A DNA stretch of 64,000 nt from Phoronis australis. Lineage: Eukaryota > Animalia > Phoronida. Numbering within the stretch: position 1 is the first letter of the stretch; each line of letters begins with the position of its first letter. Location of the stretch: the NCBI GenBank assembly GCA_002633005.1, contig NMRA01000172.1, positions 489,303 through 553,302 on the forward strand, read 5' to 3'. The notes under the pieces were generated by a model that saw only the letters and a list, made by a program, of their open reading frames with translations, was not told the DNA's origin and made no database searches. A program made the position numbers and the translations under genes. Shown here one piece after another: positions 12,701 to 27,700 of this stretch.

Positions 12701-15700
12701 CCTCAATTTGGTCATGTTTACTTTTCATGCTTCGAACCTTGTTTTCCGAAAAAACTTATACCCTTTCGTCAGACAATTCTTTGGTACATTGACTTGTTCT
12801 CTATTTTTCTACGTCTCTGCGGTTAATTATCGACACATTTTAAAGATTTAATACCAAGCTTGAACTCGAAAGACCGGCCATTTAACTCACGCAATGTCAA
12901 CTTCTGCTTTGTTTATCGTAGTAAGCCTCGCTTTGGATTTTAATGTCCGCCGAGTGAATTAGGTCTATAGTGTGCCATCATTATCAAGACTACTTTAACG
13001 TTCACAAATGCAGGCCTGGCGTGCGTTCAGTAGCGCTTGGACCTAAGCTAGTACCCAAGCTAAAACCTAGCCAAAGTCACGTGCTTTCATTTGAAATACA
13101 CGGCAATATCTCACGTAATCTCGCGAAGTCTTACTTTTTAGCGAGATTCTAGCGTTACTGGCTATCCAGAGAATACTAGACTCATTTCCGCAATGGTACT
13201 TTTCCTCTCAAATGGCTGGTATTTTTATAGCTTTATGTTCCTCCTATTCACATGTGCGGATTTCAGTCACTGGCAGGTCATTTTCAACCTGGAGAATAAT
13301 TGGTCGTATGACTTTTGTTCGCACATACAAAGAACGTTCACCTCCGAGGGTAATTTGAGGCAAGAGAAATACCCGAATTGTTCCGAATGGCTACAGTATT
13401 TTTTCCATGTCTGGCTCATCCCGAACCTTCTATGGCGTTTTCGTTACTTCAAATTATCGAGGAGACGCTGTGAATTGAGTTCCAGACTCCCCGTTTGGGA
13501 GACCGGGGTTTGAATCCTGGCTTTACTGGCTGACAGTCGAGCATTGCACAGGGGGGTTTCCTAATCCTCTGAGCCCACTCTTACTATTGAATGTATGCAA
13601 GGGAAAGCATGAGAACCTGGATATAATGGCAACGCGATTTTTGGGATTGTGTTAATATTAAATTTATCAAGCCTCGGAAATGTTACATATTTGTGCATGT
13701 GCGAACCAAAACTAGAGAAAAGATTTGGTCAAAATAAAAATCACGCCAAACCACCTAGGTTTGAAAAGAAATGTGCGACGTCATTCTCATTCCGTTGTCC
13801 ACCTGCTGATGTAGTCTAATCTTATTTCACGTTTTGTACTTTTATAACAGAGATGTTTCGGAGCATTTTTTTCATTTTGACAATCGCATGAGTGCTGTCA
13901 CTCTGATTGAAGCTCTCACATGTGGAGATAGGGAATATTACCGTGGGATAATCGGAGGCTACGAAAATACCCGATGTATTCGAGATGGGTCTGGCAAGAT
14001 CAACAAGTCTCATGCACATTACAAGCTAGCTTGGCAGTCAGAAGTGTAGTTCGTCACGGAACTGACCGTTTGGCCCTCTGCGTTTCATCTTTACAGAAAG
14101 GCTATACGGCTATTCATCTGGCAGCTGAGCGACAATGGGAGAGTTGCGTGAACATGCTGATATGTGGTGGAGCTGATAAACAGTGGCAAACATACGTAGG
14201 TACCATCGCCGACCTCACTCTACAATTCATAATATCCACTCAGTTCGAGTAAATATCCAATTTAAGTTGACTAAATACTAGACTCGGAAAAGCATCTACT
14301 TGCAATAAATGATGTAATCCGAGTAGCCGTCCGTAGACCATGTTTTTGCGGGTAAATGAAGACCTGTGAAAAGGCCGCGTTTCGTGAGTATGCTCGGCTG
14401 CTTACTAGCCTATCCTAGCAAAATTTTAGCCACTGATGTGCTTTGTTGGTCAGGTTAAAACGTCGAATTACGGTGTTGAATTCATTAACCGAGGGATATA
14501 ATTCACTGTTTCCCTTCCACGAGCGAAGAGTTTTTGTCGCACGTGCAAACTAACTATTGTGCCTATGGAACTCATCTCCACTGAGCTGCAGTGAAAATGG
14601 TTTCGACTAGAAATAGCTGGTGAAAGGGTTTGAGTTCAGAGAAAAACTTTAAGAGCCAGCCATCCTAGATATTCCCCAGTTCAATGTGTAGAAAAAACAA
14701 CCTTTTCAAGCCTAAACGTTATACCAAAGTGTAACTTCAAAGGGTGATCATCGAACATGAACATCCAATTTGCTATGCCTTTTACATTATTTGGCCCCGC
14801 TACATGAATCAGGGACAGACTTTGACAGAAAACTTGGTGGTACAGTAAAAGCATGCTAATAATTAAGTACAAATACTCTGTCGCATATCCAAATTTTTTT
14901 GTATGAAGATGTACCCGTATCGTTGTAGGACGGATCCACTGCATTAATTATAGCAACCAAAAAAGGTGACAAAAAGACAGTGGAGCGCCTCCTGGCGGCG
15001 TCTGCAAGTGTTGACATAGAGGATAACGTAAGTGTCTTTGTATAACAGAACGTATTTCATCACACATGTACGTGGGTAAACGCACAAACGATGATTTCTT
15101 TTCCAATTATGATAAGATTATGTTGTGTTAATTATTGCAAAAATGTATTTCAGGAGAGTGCAACCGCTCTGTGTTATGCCATAAGAGATAAAAAGTGCGA
15201 CCTTGTCGATTTGTTGATGAAAAAATTATTTTTCTCCAAAGACGACAAGGAAAGTTACGTGAGAGTAAGTGTCGTTGCTTTATTTTTATTTTTCAGTCCG
15301 TTTTAGATTTAATAACATTACACTGTTTTTAGTCAATGTGGAGCGTGTTTGTTCAATAAATTAGTAAACAATAACCTTGCATATTTGACAGAGACGCATT
15401 GACCTCTTGAGGACGAAGACAGTGTCCAACGGCACAATCAGTAAAGAAGATTTCTTCGATTCCATACTTATCCCCGTTATTCAAGAGCTGTGCAAACATC
15501 AAGAATGTCGAGATATCCTGTTTCGGATACGTGCTATGTTCCAGCTGATACCGTTCCTAGACACGTATCTCACCAACGAAGAGGTTGCGCAAAAGACCTT
15601 CATCACCTTATGCATGTTGATGTACGTGTACTCGAGCACGCCCGATTCCAGATTTGTAGACCAGTTTGTCAGTGCCAAAGGACACGAACTAGTCCTAAAA

Positions 15701-18700
15701 AGTCTTTATTTCTACGACGCCAGCAACAGTTACGATCCCAAGATAATTTTCACTGCCTTTATGCCAATCATCAGCATCTATGCTACACTAGAAGGTCGAG
15801 AATGGCTGAAGAAGAATTATTACAAGCTGTCCCAATACTCCACGATTTTCGAAGCCGGGTGTGACATCTCATCCTTTCTGGACTGTTGCCGCGGTAAATT
15901 CATGGGAACATGGCAGAGATTTAAGTGGCACTTCACCAAAACTTCGCAAGAACAGGCTGAGCTTGTCTGTGCAGAGTTATTAGAGAATGAAGAAAGGGAA
16001 AAGGCAAGGGAGCGCGCGAAAAAAGAAAAACGGCGGGAAAAGAGAAAGAATCGAAAAATTCAACAACGTGCAGAGCGTGAATATGCTGAAAAACTTGTAG
16101 ACGGAGATGATTCATTGTTCGATGACGTCAACAATTCTCCCGATTCTCAAAATTGTAGTTACACGCCGAAAGGAAGCGTCATAGCAGACTTTCTCAGTGG
16201 CGTTCAGCAGAAAGTGAAAGGTCTGCTAGGGAAAATACCAGCGTCTCCACCGCGTGATCAGAGGGAGAATGTAGACGACATACAGAAGGTTCAAGAACAG
16301 CATGCAAAGAAGAAACGAAGGAAGAAGAACAAACCGAAGAGAAGCGAAGAGGATGAAGTTTTGTTGAACCACTGTGCAATAAATCCTGTATTCGACAGGA
16401 TACAGTATTCGCCAAAGGTGATAAAGTCACGTACAACTAAAGTACCAAACCTTCCCCGAGTAGAAGACATTATAGAGCCTTGTGAAAATGTTAGTGGTGA
16501 TGCGCCTGAGGTACTAGGGGCTATGGCTACGCCGGAGAGGGTTGGTATCAATTGTAGCAAATTGAGCTTGCCTTGCCTTGTGGCCGGACCAGAACATAAG
16601 GTCACGAAAGATTTACTTGAATGTAATCTCACAAACAGCGGTCTTGTGCCGTTAGACACGTCGTCACCAGTGAAGTCGTACGAACAATATGGTTCAGTAA
16701 ATATGAACGAAAACGCAAGAGGATACCGTAGCCAGGCTCCTCCCAGAGTTAACATATCGCTAGATGACGTAACGGAAGATAGTATGGCTGGACTGTCGCC
16801 CATAGGAACACCCAGGGAGGTAGACACAAACGGCAGTCTAACCAGCAGCTCTATAACTCCTGAGAAGTACGGCATGAGTCCTCGACCAAAACATGGCAAA
16901 CATATCGTTCGTTTTAAGGAAATGAAATGCGATGGTCCACCATCTTCCTACGCGTTTTGTGCAGTAGGCGAGTCTCGTGTGGGCAGTATGTCACCCAGAG
17001 GTCGAACAGCTACTTGGGCAGAAATAACGAAGAAAGATGCTGTCAAAACTAGACCATGGAGTGCAACAAATATTAGGTATGGCTCACATGCTTCAAAACT
17101 TTCACAACCTGTATTCTTCCAACCAAACGACAATTTTCCTAGATCAAAGAAGTCAAAAAGACCGCCGCGATTAAGGCCTTCCCAAGACACGAAGTTAGAC
17201 ATTATTTCTCCTACGAAAGACAGTCGAATCGTTAAGTCAACAAATGCCGTCGAAGGAAAACCAGCCATTCAAAAAGTGAACCTGCGTGACATGAAGATAC
17301 CACTTTCTAGTTTCATACCAGATCTTTCGAGACTTAACAATGAGACAGGTGCAGGTGCTGTTGAAGATCGAGCTACAGAAACTGACAACGAACGAAGAAA
17401 AGATCGAGAGAATAAGTCATACGAACAGCAACGTGAAAAGTCGGTAGAAGTGAGTTGCTATCGCATGAAACGAGATGCGCAGAATACTACAATCGAACAT
17501 GTAGTCGACGTTGACGCAATGGCAGAGGACCCAGACTATGTCCGCATGCAGATGGAGGCACTGGATAACTTCAGCAAAGATTATAAAAACCTTAACTTCG
17601 TTCAAGATGTTAGCGGCTGGCTGTCGGAAACGTCTGACGGTGACGTCAGCAGCGAGAATGGTGTAGAGAAGAAAGAAGGCAGCGTTTCTTCAGACGCAGA
17701 CATGGAAGTTCAACGGATACTTCAGGAAGACGTCATCGTGCACGAAAATAACCCCATTATCTCACCAGTGACTAAGAGTTACCATAATAAATGCACTGCT
17801 CCTCCCGTTTGCTTCTATGATTTTGGCATAAAGACATCTCACGAATTTTACGAGTCGGTTACCGGTGACAGAAAGCTTTTCCGCGACACAAATCTTCTCA
17901 CTGACATTCGGGTGGAAAACATTCCTGTGGCACCAGACGTGGAATTTGCTCGGTTGACACCAGATCCTGATGATGGGTTTTCCAATTTGGATAACACGGA
18001 GTACATATACTATCCCGGAATGGATCACAAAATGCTGCAGATTAGAGGACTCTTCCAGAATACGGCCAACAATCGCTTTCACAAACTGATACAAATGCAG
18101 TTTGAAGCTGCTAACGAGCGCAAAGTTATTGGCGAGATGTCATCGATGGGCAGGTTCTACCAGTCGCGCTTCAGTCCTAAACAATTTGTTCCACCTCCTG
18201 CGGGAAGTCTTTGGTCCAACTGTGGTAATCGGCAGGTGGCAGTAGGTGTCCCAGCGAGCAACGCAGTGGATTGTCGCGACAATGACTCGTCCATAACGTG
18301 GGTTCCTAAAAGTCAGCGTTGGAGATCAATCTTCAAGGAGTTGACGGCTCTGTCGATTGAAACACACACTAAAGTTGGTCCCATATTGTTTCACGCCCAC
18401 AATCAACGCTTCGGTCTAACCAGCAGGTATCGCCAGTAAGAATGATTACCTTATCTAGATTTGAAAGTACCACGAACCTGATATGAGTTGAGTTTCGTAG
18501 ACGTAAGAATCTTGCGAAGAAAGCAAGTGTAATCACGTGCTTTGCTTGTGGTACGTGACAAAATCTCACGATGTTTTGCACGATATATTGCGTTTTCACG
18601 AGGTTCTTGTGACTACGGAACGCACGCTTAACCTATGTCAAACACTGCTTTTTGATTTACACCACTTACCATTGTATAATTGCCCCTTACTCAAAGTAAA

Positions 18701-21700
18701 AATGAATTGTAGTTCGCCATTACTCAAGTCCAACTTAAAAAAGCATAGTTTGCACCCCATTTTACCATAGAGGTCTCTGCTAACAGTCTAAGCGTGTGCA
18801 TTACCGTAACAGTACCACGGAGCTTTCGTTGAGATCTCAGTCGTAGACAACCCTAAGTCATTCAGATCAACCAAATATGTATTGAGCGAATGGCGGAGAT
18901 CGGAAACAAGCAAGGAACTGCGTCACTAATTACCCAATGAGTGATCGTAAACTCCGAGTGCTTTTAACAGACCCAAAGAAGAATTACCTCAGAGAGCTCA
19001 GTAACAATAAAATAAATTAAAGTTGAACTTGTAGGTTTGTTCCTTTTCTGTGGTTGCTTGCCAAAGTAGTTAGAAGCACATCTTGTAGCGACGATGTGAA
19101 TATGAAGAAGGCTGGAAATTATCGAATGTTTATAAAAACGGGTTATGTGGCGAAATTGATCCACTGAAACTAATTGAAGCGTGTCCAGTTAATATTTCAC
19201 GTGGTGCTGGGGATTAACACTGCGCACATAGCCCACGAGGTACGTCATTGATGCAAAAGGTCACCTGTTTTCATATTTTTGTTTCATTTCACATTTACAA
19301 ATTGTCAGTGAATACAACTGCACTTTCTTTAGAGTAGATTATGTTAAAATAGCATTGTCGTTTAGTTCTTGTTATGCATTAGCACAGTTAGGAGCATGCA
19401 AATACATCTTTAAATATAATTTGCGCTCTTACCGAAAGAGGCCTCGGGAGATTATCGAGAATAGAGTTTAATACGGTGTCTTGACCTTGAGAGTCATTTA
19501 TGAGCCGAGCACGAATTGAAACGAGCTATCAATTCTTGCCGAGCCCTACATGTACAATCGCTTCCAACCTAAGTATGGGACGAATGAGACCGTTGCATAA
19601 CCGAAAAAGGTGTTGATCATCAATTATTTGGTAGCTTTTGACAGTAGCTAAGTGTGTTCGTGGAAGCTCAAATAATACGAATCTTCAGTTACTGTTGAAT
19701 CCGTCCGTTTTCACATACACTTTGAATGCTTAACATCTCATTATTTCTCTACTTTTCATCTGAAGCAATCACCGTGTTCTCGTCGGATGAGTCATGTTAA
19801 AAGCTTGTTATCTGTTGCTCTGACTGATATTTTTCATGTCAGCCAAATTATGTCTTTCGAAATTCTTGTCTTTCCAGCAACCATTCCTCAGCTTCCTCTT
19901 ATCTCGGTATATTGGAGGACGGTACAGAAATCTCAGTGCGGCGCATGAGTCTGGATGACTACGCTCATTTAAAGAAAAACTTACCTACCATGCTCTATCC
20001 AGCAGTCAGACACGAGTCGTTGGCCAAGTTTCTGGTATATATATTTACTCTTGATGCTGTTCCAGAAGTTAAACACTGTAGTTTTTTGTGGACCTAGATT
20101 CAGACTATGGCTAAAAGTACATGAGAACACGAAATATCAACAATCGACTAATGTGTCCAGGAAAAGGCTCAAAAACCTTTTTACTTTGCGAATAACATTT
20201 TTAAAGTGAAGCACCTTTCCGAAACGATAAAATGTAGGCCAAAACAGCATAGTTAGTTATGGTCTTGTGTTTTCTTTGTTAAAAAATTGCACAAAAGCAC
20301 GCCAGCAAGAGTAAGCAAGGCTTGAAACACCACGGTTTGCCAAGCGAGTAAAAGCAAATCATTTTGGTAGTCTAGGGTGGCTTTTCTTTTCTGAAAAATG
20401 AAGCAACAAAAGAAAAACCGACATACGGACTCAATTTTCAAAAACTAAATACGGGTCAGAGCCTACTGTGTTGTTGGCCTTATTACTACTATATCTGTTA
20501 TTTTTGCTCGAGAACGTCTCATTGATCGAAATGCTCTATGTGTCATTTCGATGTTTCAGAGTTTGAGACACCCACCCTTGCCTTAATTACATGAACAATT
20601 AATGTTTTAGTTTACAATTGGCAGAAGCAATGTTGGTCGAATAATAGTGGCACGGCAGATAATTACAAAAATCACAAGAATCATTCACGTTGTCATGCAA
20701 CCAACAAAATTGGTCTGTGATTCCACAAAAATGGTGCACCTGGTCCAGCCATGCAGCTCAAGCACACCCGGTGTACTGCAAAAGACACTAGGCCACCTTA
20801 CTGCCTACTTTGCTCTAAATGCACATTCAAAATATAGGCCATTTCCGGTAGCAATCTGGCGTGTTCTTACACAGTTTGGTTGATACAAAAGTACATTAAT
20901 TTTGTATGCATAATCCTCAATTCTAAGTGTCACACAATATTCTGCACCTTGATAGCATGTTTTTCAAATTTTACAAAAGGCATTTAGATACTGAGGACAG
21001 TAGTGCACAATGAAGCTTGAGTGTTTCTGACTACATCTGGCACCATTAATTGAGTAAAATGGACTGCTGTGTTCAAGCTCCGCCGGTATCATAAAAGCGG
21101 CTGAAGATATCAATGAATTACACGACTGTTATGTAACTGCTGTGCTAGCTTCAGGGAAGGTGCTGCTACTTTGGGACATGCAAAGAAATGGGAGATGTCT
21201 CTCAGTCAGAATCTATATTGTGATGTCGGTGTTTGGAAAGACCATAAGAAGGAAGCTGCATGAGAATGGGTTAGGCAGAGCAAGCACTGCTATTTTATAA
21301 CGGCCAAGCACACAGCAGGAGTTGCTCAGAGGTCTGTCCACCACTGCCAGCATGGGCGATTAGATCGAATTCCAACTTCTACGGCGACTACTATAACATC
21401 TTTCCTAGGAACAAGCATTCCTTTGTTCCGACACCCTGGTCAGTAGAATGAGGACATGAACAATGCCAGTTGACAGGCAACAACACGAAGACAGTTCAAA
21501 GCGTCCCGCCTCTTTTACGAATGTCAGACCTGTACACTTCTATGAAGAAAGTCCACTTGCGCTTCAACTCCTGAACTTTTCCTGGTTTAAAATATTTCCA
21601 ACAAATGTGCACATATACACAAGTATTGAAAACGCCACACTTACAAGTAAGCCTGGACGTCTGTAATTTTTCAGCATGCAACAGAAGACGATCATTATGG

Positions 21701-24700
21701 ATACCTGGCTATCGAACTGTGTGAATACAATCTCGAAGAGTACATACAACACATGAGGTCGCGTAACGAGTACGATTTCCGGATTGCGAAGCGACTGGTG
21801 TGGCAGTTCTTGAAAGCTTTACAGTACTTGCATGAAACTTGCCTCGTAGCTCAAAGAAATTTAAAGGTAAGCATGTCAAGAAGGCCAGGACAGCCACTCT
21901 GCACGATTTTATTTGAAACCACTATGGCGTTTACAAGCCTCATAAGCAAGTGTTTTCTTACGTGAGCTGTATGTTGTTTGCTTCAATATGCTTACTTATT
22001 AAGTTAATATTGGACTGCACTATCTAGCCTCAGAACATACTACTCGACACTCTGAACAAGGTGCGACTGACCGACTACAACATTAGCCGCATGACGGAGA
22101 GCGGGCAGACGATTCTTTACGACAAGGGTGTGGGTGAGTCTATCTTAGATATTACACGAAGAAATAGTTTGAATTATTGGAACTAAATCAAGACTCGGTT
22201 GTTAATTATTGTCAAAGCCTTGAAGGATTCTTGGCCTTGATACTCCTTAATAATTGTAGAGAATGTCGTGCACGAATCGGCTTCCAGTCCTCATAGCTTT
22301 TGAAACAAAATATAGGCGTCAGAAAATTTTTGTCAGAAATCGCGAATGCTGAAAAGTGTGCTATCATTAACAAAAATTTTGCACTCAGATAAATTTGATT
22401 GACCACAAATAACTGTCAAACAATTTTTACAATATAATTTTGACCTTTTCCGGCAAGTACAAATACTATTCAAACTCATGACGCGTTCAGATGTCAAGTT
22501 TAAAAAAAGATCGATACGTCGTCTGACCATAAAGCCGATCAGATGCTCACAATTACAGTTCAGAAATGTCTCGTATGCGGCGAGTAATTAGCGTAACATC
22601 ATGTACAAAATGGCAATTACTTGAGCGCCACCATGGTTGAACAGAAACTAGCCGCTAATCTGGTCAAAGGGATGTACGGCTCTCACGGTAAGGCAGTAAA
22701 TCAGGTTGGACGATTAGAAGGCAGCTCAGCCATCTGACGCGTTCACATGTGATTTTTTTCAGACGACAGATAAATCTCTGATACGGTTTGTTGCATGCTG
22801 CTGCCTGACCGGACGGCATGTGAAAGCCTTGTACGTGTACGTAGATGACCAGTACAAACATAAATAAAAACCTTTGATTCGTTTGATCTCAAGTTGGTTG
22901 CAGTTGACCTGTTGAACGCGATCTCATTCACAAAACTCATCGATTTCATGACAGGCTGTAATTGCTGGCGACCAAAAGAGTGCGTGACAAGTGGCCAAGC
23001 TTGGACGGGGACGGCATCCGTAGTAAACTACACGACAAAGTCAGATATCCAGGTAACGGACTTAACTCATGAAAGTAAATCAGACATACATGTAAAGAGC
23101 TTACATACATGTACAACTCGAGAACAACTCTACGTCGAGAAACAACCAAAAATTAATACGATGTTATATCAGGCACTGATACATTCCCCATTAAATCCAC
23201 GAGAAAGGGAAAATAAGTGGTTCCAACAAAACCAGGCAGTTGTGCTTTACTAACCTGGGATGATGTTTGACGGAGTGATGCCCGTGAACGCAAATAATTC
23301 AATTTGGAATGAAATAAGTACCCTCCATTACTGCGATAAGACGCCGCATGGCAGATATATAGTTAAAAAATCAACTCGGACTCGTGAAGACAGAAAGGGT
23401 ACTTTACTCATAGATTGATCAAAGTAGGTTTTTGGATTTACACTATACGGTTTGAATTCGTGAAATACCCATCCACGCCAGGTTGCCGGAATGCTTGTGC
23501 ACTACATTTTGACGGGAGGAGTGCACCCATACGGTGACAACACGTTCGACATAGAGCTGAACATTGCGCGTGGTTGGCCACGATGGCGAAGAATAAATGA
23601 AGAGGCCAACGACCTCATACGGTGGATGTTGTCAAATGAAGAGAAAGAGCGACCCAACATCACACAGACTTTAAGGTACTCATGCATCTATGAAAAACTG
23701 TACATGTAAATAAACATACATCTAGTTTTTTTCGACCATAACTTGTTTTTGTGAAAAAGAGCAATTTAGAAATTAGAGGACCATCTTTTGATCGATAGTG
23801 TACAGCTGCCTTACTTGACGTCATCGAGATTAGCTTTGGTTAAACTCATTAACTACTGCTTACAATTTGAGTTGTAATTCATTGAACAAAGCAATCAATT
23901 ACAATCTGTTACTGGCCTTTGCAGACACCCTTTTTTCTGGCCAGAGCTCAAACGAATGGACTTCTTACATACAGTGGGAAAAGAAATCCTGAGCGAATTT
24001 CAGTACGGGTAGGTAACTTGTCCAATGCATCTGGAATATTAATTGAATTAATTAGACCTTCGGTAGTACGAAACTCAGACGAAAGTTATGGCATTTTGAT
24101 TTTCTCGTACCTGATTTTATTCATAGAGTATGTCCGTTCAGGTGGCAAAATGGTTCACCAAACTTACAGACGTTCAAACCGCAGACGGCTCTGACTAAAG
24201 CACTCTTCAAATTATTGTCGGGCCAGTAAAAATAGACCTTTGCCGGAAGATCTAGATTTAATAGAAAAACACGCGTGTAACTAATTGTTGAAAGACGTTT
24301 GGCATACAAAGCATTCAAAAATCTGTCACGGCTCTTTGCAAAGAAGAGAATATTTATGATCGAAATATGTTGAGAATATATACACAAAACGTGCCGAGAG
24401 TAGCGTACATGAAATAATATCCCACGAGACATTATTCCCCGTATCGACCTCGACTTTCGGTCTCGGTTCGTACGCGGAATAAGGCCGAGTGGGATATTAC
24501 TTCTTGAACGCCAATCGAGGTACGTTTTGTATTTATCCCATGCGCTTCGAATTCCTAAGTTTCTTACATTTTTTTCGGCAGATTTTTCAAATACTTCACC
24601 CAGCCTGTTCAAATGGCGGATCACATCCTAATATGTATGTACTTGCGCGTTAGGCTGCAAGTTTTCTCTGGTAAAAGAAACAGTTTTAAATGTAACGATT

Positions 24701-27700
24701 TATTTCTTGAAAAGAGGTAAGAAAGATGAAAACAACGGCAACTTTGCAGTGAATGTGTAACATCTCTTGGAGCTGGTTAAAAAACAAAATTTGATATTTT
24801 AGTTTCCTAGGAATCGGCGACTGAGTTGCAGACGATATAATATTCAGCAATTGAAAACTGAGACATAAGTGTCTCATAATTAACAGTTTTGTTCCAGATT
24901 TTACGTTTAGGGCCTGGTTGCATGTCGAGTGTTATTTACACTGTTGCAACTGTATTACTTTAAACTATGTTCGGAAAGTTTGAGGATCGAACCGGCTGAA
25001 GACGTCGAGTCGACATTGACCTACCTTTTGAACTTTCCATGTCAGAGGTCACTGTTGAAGTGGTGTGGGAGGTGAATACGGAAAACTTTATTACATGGCC
25101 GTATTTCCCTCGACAGATTCAACGCGTATGGGATAAATCTCTGTATTTTGACGATTAGTCCGAACTTGTCTTTTAGCCCCGCTACTAACAGCGTCATCAG
25201 TGAGAGGCTGAACAATGTCTCCTTCCAGGCGGTGAGCAGAGACTGGGTGAGTTGAGTGAGAGGGTCTTGGGAACATGGGTGTCGGCTGAGTTTGTGTAGT
25301 GTTTAGTTTTGACCTAAGTGGGAATTGATGCGTGAGTCTATGTTGCCAGTTACTAGCTTATCAAGTTATATGCAAAGACGTGGAGGAACCCAACGACTAT
25401 GTCCAACAGCTTTGGGTACAGTATTTTCATCACTCATAAGGGAGAGTTGAAATATTGAAAAAGGGGCGGGTTCGTCCTGCTTTTAGTGTTTACACTGACA
25501 GAGTTAAAAAAACATTTTCTAATAACTTTCATACTCTAGATGTCGCAAATCGACGAACTGTTGCTGGAAGAGATGCGCACGCACCGTAACTACAAAAACA
25601 ACGTGGCCGATTTCCTGCGATTCATTGTCAACTGCCAGACACAATACAAAAACCTGTAAGTCGTTCGCCTCCATTACACGCAGTTATTTGCTAATTGATT
25701 CGTATGCTTTTTTGTACGTCATTTGTCATCTAATTCATTTTTGTATATAAATCAACGTCAGGAGTACTTTGTACCCCTATATAGTTGTCAACATTGAGTT
25801 CTGGAAGTAAAAAATTGCCACGCTCATCTGATCTTGAATTATTGCCGAATAAGCCGGTTTAATTTATTGTACTATTTAGAATAAGGGTGGACCCCTTTCC
25901 TCAACAACAGAATAATGAACTAATGTAGTCAAACAATAATTAAATACAGGTAACAAAGCAACAATCAAACAGGTTAAGAATTTAGATAAAAAATGACGAA
26001 GGATTATGAAAATAGACTAAGGGACGTTAAGTTAAATAAAGAAACGATGCTATTAATAGTGAAAGTATTTACGGTATTGAAAAATGGCATACTTAAGACA
26101 GAAATAGGTGTAAAAATGGGCAAATAAATTGCAGTCTCTTTTTAATATTAAATTTGAAAGCATTAATTCAATCGGACCGTTTAATTTCTGGGCGAAGGGA
26201 ATTCCATATTGCAGCACTGGCATTAAATATAAGATCTCTTGCCGGTCTCGGTTTTAATCATTTTAAATGAAACATTACCAGCAACGGATAAACGTGTAGA
26301 GTTTACAGCTTGACTGCTACTAAATTTGCGTCTGAGATATCTGTTTATGCCACAGGCAGAGAATTTTTTTTTTATTTTCATCAATCTAAGCTTGGAGCAC
26401 AAGTCGTCGACCCAGGTGCCCCTAATTCTAGTACCCATGATAGCCCTGGTGGCTCTATTTTGGATTACCTGGAATTTTGCTTACAAGTGTGTCGCTGGTG
26501 TGTCCCCAAACCGGTAAACAATAATATGGGGCTGAATAATAGAATGGTAGAGTATCTTAAGACTGCTGAGATAAAGAAATTTACCTCGTGGACGTTTTAA
26601 AGTACGCCGATTTTCTTTGACATTTTATTTGTGATGTAATCTATGTGCATAGGTTGGGATCTAAAATAAGGCCCTAGCACTGAAACTTGTCGACACTCTC
26701 AATATGGAACCGTTGATATAAAGACACAATTTCTGTCGTTTAAATTACTAGTGGGTTCCCAACTGCATAGCCTTGGTGCCACAAAGGTTAAGAATAAGTC
26801 TATTTTGAACCAGCCAGTCATGGATAAGGGCAAGCTCATCGTTGAGAGAAGTTTTAAGTTCATTATTGATCCAGCTGTGGACATAATTACAGTGTCATCG
26901 CTGTTGTGGAGGACAGGGGAGATCGTAAACAAAAATAGTGAATAATTGTGTTCCCAGAATGGAACCCTCGAGGAGGTACGCCTTGATAACTGTTGAGTAG
27001 TCGGAGAGAATATCACCGTATTTGGTAGCGTGTTTGCAGTCGTATACGTAGTTTTTAAACCAAAGGAGTTCGTTATCGTTAACTCCATTGGACTGTAGTT
27101 TCCTTAAAAGGATACCATGGTCCACAGTGTCAAAGGCTTTCTTAAGGTCAACAAAACAGCACCTGTAAGCCTCCCCTGGTCCATATTATGGAAGATAAAG
27201 TCAGTAGCGTAAATTTTTGTAGTCAGTGTAGAATGCAGGGAGTGGAAACCGGACTGGTGTCGATAGAAGGGAATTTTCCTCCACGAATTAGTAAACTTGC
27301 TTTTGGACACACCTTTCAAGAATTTTTGGACGTTGCTTGGAAGACCGATATTGGCCATTATTTTTGCAACTGGACTTGTCAGTTGTCACCGTCTTCAAAA
27401 ACAGGAGTAAAGATCGCCATCTTCCAATCACTGTGGCCGTGTCTAAACTCAAATTTATGAAGGGTCTCGGCTATTAGCTGAGAGACCAGTTTCAGTACAG
27501 TTTGGCATAAATGCTTATCGGTGTCACCGGTAACTCACGTCACAGACAATTTGTTCATGTGCCATCTTTAAATCTGCAATTTAGGGTTGGCCAACCCACT
27601 TTAACTATGTTCAAAGCGCTTTCTTGGGTGGCTGATAGTTTCGTTGTTTTGTTGTTACCGGAACTAGAATCTTATTGTGTTAGGGAATATCATGAGAATG

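Noticed and set aside
13470-13530. tRNA gene (B-box-like GGTTTGAATCC)
   Set aside because: No full cloverleaf could be folded; at most a decayed SINE head.
16291-17268. Antisense ORFs of 202 and 106 aa
   Set aside because: Shadows of the large plus-strand exon with no recognisable motifs.
24127-24633. Alternative KEN linker exons at 24127 or 24582
   Set aside because: Exon 25177-25246 gives the right phase, strong splice sites and an IRE1-like ...DW motif; the others hit stops or lack similarity.
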